Assembly (NCBI RefSeq): GCF_009914755.1
Contig: NC_060932.1
Length of the DNA: 64,000 nucleotides
Reading direction: 5' to 3' (one strand)
From: the human T2T-CHM13v2.0 reference genome, Homo sapiens
Position 1 is the first letter of the stretch. Each line of letters opens with the position of its first letter. Below are positions 62,546 to 64,000 of this stretch, piece by piece. The notes under the pieces are model-generated. The model was not told where the DNA came from and did not search any database. It saw nothing but the letters and a program-made list of their open reading frames with translations. A program made the translations under genes and the position numbers.

Positions 62546-63900
62546 TTGGTGACCGATCATGCACCCCTTACCATCCCATTAAAACCTAATCACCCTTACC
62601 CCGCTCAATGCCAGTATCCCTTCCCACAGCACGCTTTAAAAGGATTAAAGCCTGTTATCACTCACCTGCTACATCATGGGCTTCTAAAACCTATAAACTC
62701 TCCTTCGAATTCCCCCATTTTACCTGTCCAAAAACCAGACAAGTCTTACAGATTAGTTCAGGATCTGCGCCTTATCAACCAAATTGTTTTGCCTATCCAC
62801 ACCGTGGTGCCAAACCCATATACTCTCCTATCCTCAATACCTCCCTCCACAACCCGTTATTCTGTTCTAGATCTCAAACATGCTTTCTTTACTATTCCTT
62901 TACACCCTTCATCCCAGCCTCTCTTCGCTTTCACTTGGACTGACCCTTACACCCATCAGGCTCAGCAAATTACCTGGGCTGTACTACCACAAAGCTTGAC
63001 AGACAGCCCCCATTACTTCAGTCAAGCCCAAATTTCTTCCTCATCTGTTACCTATCTTGGCGTAATTCTCATAAAAACACACGTGCTCTCCCTGCCGATC
63101 ATGTGCAGCTGATCTCTCAAACCCCAACACTTTCTACAAAACAACAACTCCTTTCCTTCCTAGGCATGGGTAGATACTTTCGCCTTTAGATACCTGGTTT
63201 TGTCATCCTAACAAAACCATTATATAAACTCACAAAAGGAAACCTAGCTGACCCCATGGATCCTAAATCCTTTCCCCACTCCTCTTTCCATTTCTTGAAG
63301 ACAGCTTTAGAGACTGCCCCCACTGTAGCTCTCCCTGACTCATCCCAACCCTTTTCATTACACACAGCCAAAGTGCAGGGCTGTGCAGTCAGAATTCTTA
63401 CACAAGGACCAGGATCCCATCCTATAGCCTTTTTGTCCAAACAACTTGACCTTACTGTTTTAAGCTGGCCATTATGTCTCTGTGCAGTGGCTGCTGCCAC
63501 CCTAATACTTTTAGAGGCCCTTAAAATCACAAACTAGGCTCAACTCACTCTCTACAGTTCTCATAATTTCCAAAATATATTTTCTTCCTCACACCTGATG
63601 CATATACTTTCTGCTCCCCAGCTCCTTTAGCTGTACTCACTCTTTGTTAATTCTCCCACATTGATCCTGGCCCGGACTTCAATCTGGCTTCCCACATTAT
63701 TCCTGATACCACACCTGAGCCTCATGACTGCATCTCTCTGATCCACCTGACATTCATCCCACTTCCCCACATTTCCTTCTTCCCTGTTTCTCACCCTGAT
63801 CACACTTAGTTTATTGATGGCAGTTCCACCAGGCCCAATTGCCACACACCAGCAAAGGCAGGTTATGCTATAGTACAAGCCACTAGCCCACCTCTTAAAA
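62546..63900 (+). pseudogene. pol: HERV-H pol remnant (RT lacking YxDD; RNase H start)
   Basis: YRLVQDLRLIN, SVLDLKHAFF, TWAVLPQS; tether region PIAFLSKQLD (ORF 63256-63537); FIDGSS at 63810; frameshifts and stops. Confidence 0.93.
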
Positions 63901-64000
63901 CCTCTCATTTCCTTTCCATTGTAGAAATCTATCCTCAAGGAAATAACTTCTTAGTGTTCCATCTGCTATTCTACTACTCCTCAAGGATTATTCAGGCCCC

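Larger units (their letters stand above)
60060..64000 (+). mobile_element. HERV-H internal region (leader, gag, pro, pol), continuing beyond the window
   Basis: C-rich leader with short tandem repeats at ~60670-60790; gag, pro and pol motifs listed below. Confidence 0.97.

Overview
This is AT-rich, CpG-depleted primate genomic DNA. Alu elements plus HERV-H/LTR7 point to a simian, probably human or ape. It looks intergenic or deep intronic. I find no credible cellular protein-coding gene, tRNA or rRNA. Nearly all ORF-track entries are microsatellite artefacts, chance ORFs or transposon fragments. The window is mostly transposable elements: L1, L2, MIR, Alu, MaLR (MLT1, MST, THE1), ERVL-type LTRs and a MADE1 MITE. 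Highlights: (1) a HERV-H provirus starting at 59661 and running off the right edge, with a solo LTR1 and OCT4/SOX-type motifs just upstream; (2) a fragmented ancient class I ERV at about 7.0-14.8 kb, recognisable from gag zinc-knuckle, protease and integrase motif remnants and carrying nested insertions including a complete MSTA LTR-int-LTR element; (3) an old L1 with a twin-priming-type 5' inversion; (4) a 90-nt stretch with all canonical intron signals plus a poly(A) signal in apparently unique sequence at about 18.3 kb; (5) several short hairpin or template-switch scars. I do not see evidence for a wholly new biological system. Repeat subfamily names come from recalled consensus sequences, and boundaries without target-site duplications (TSDs) are approximate.
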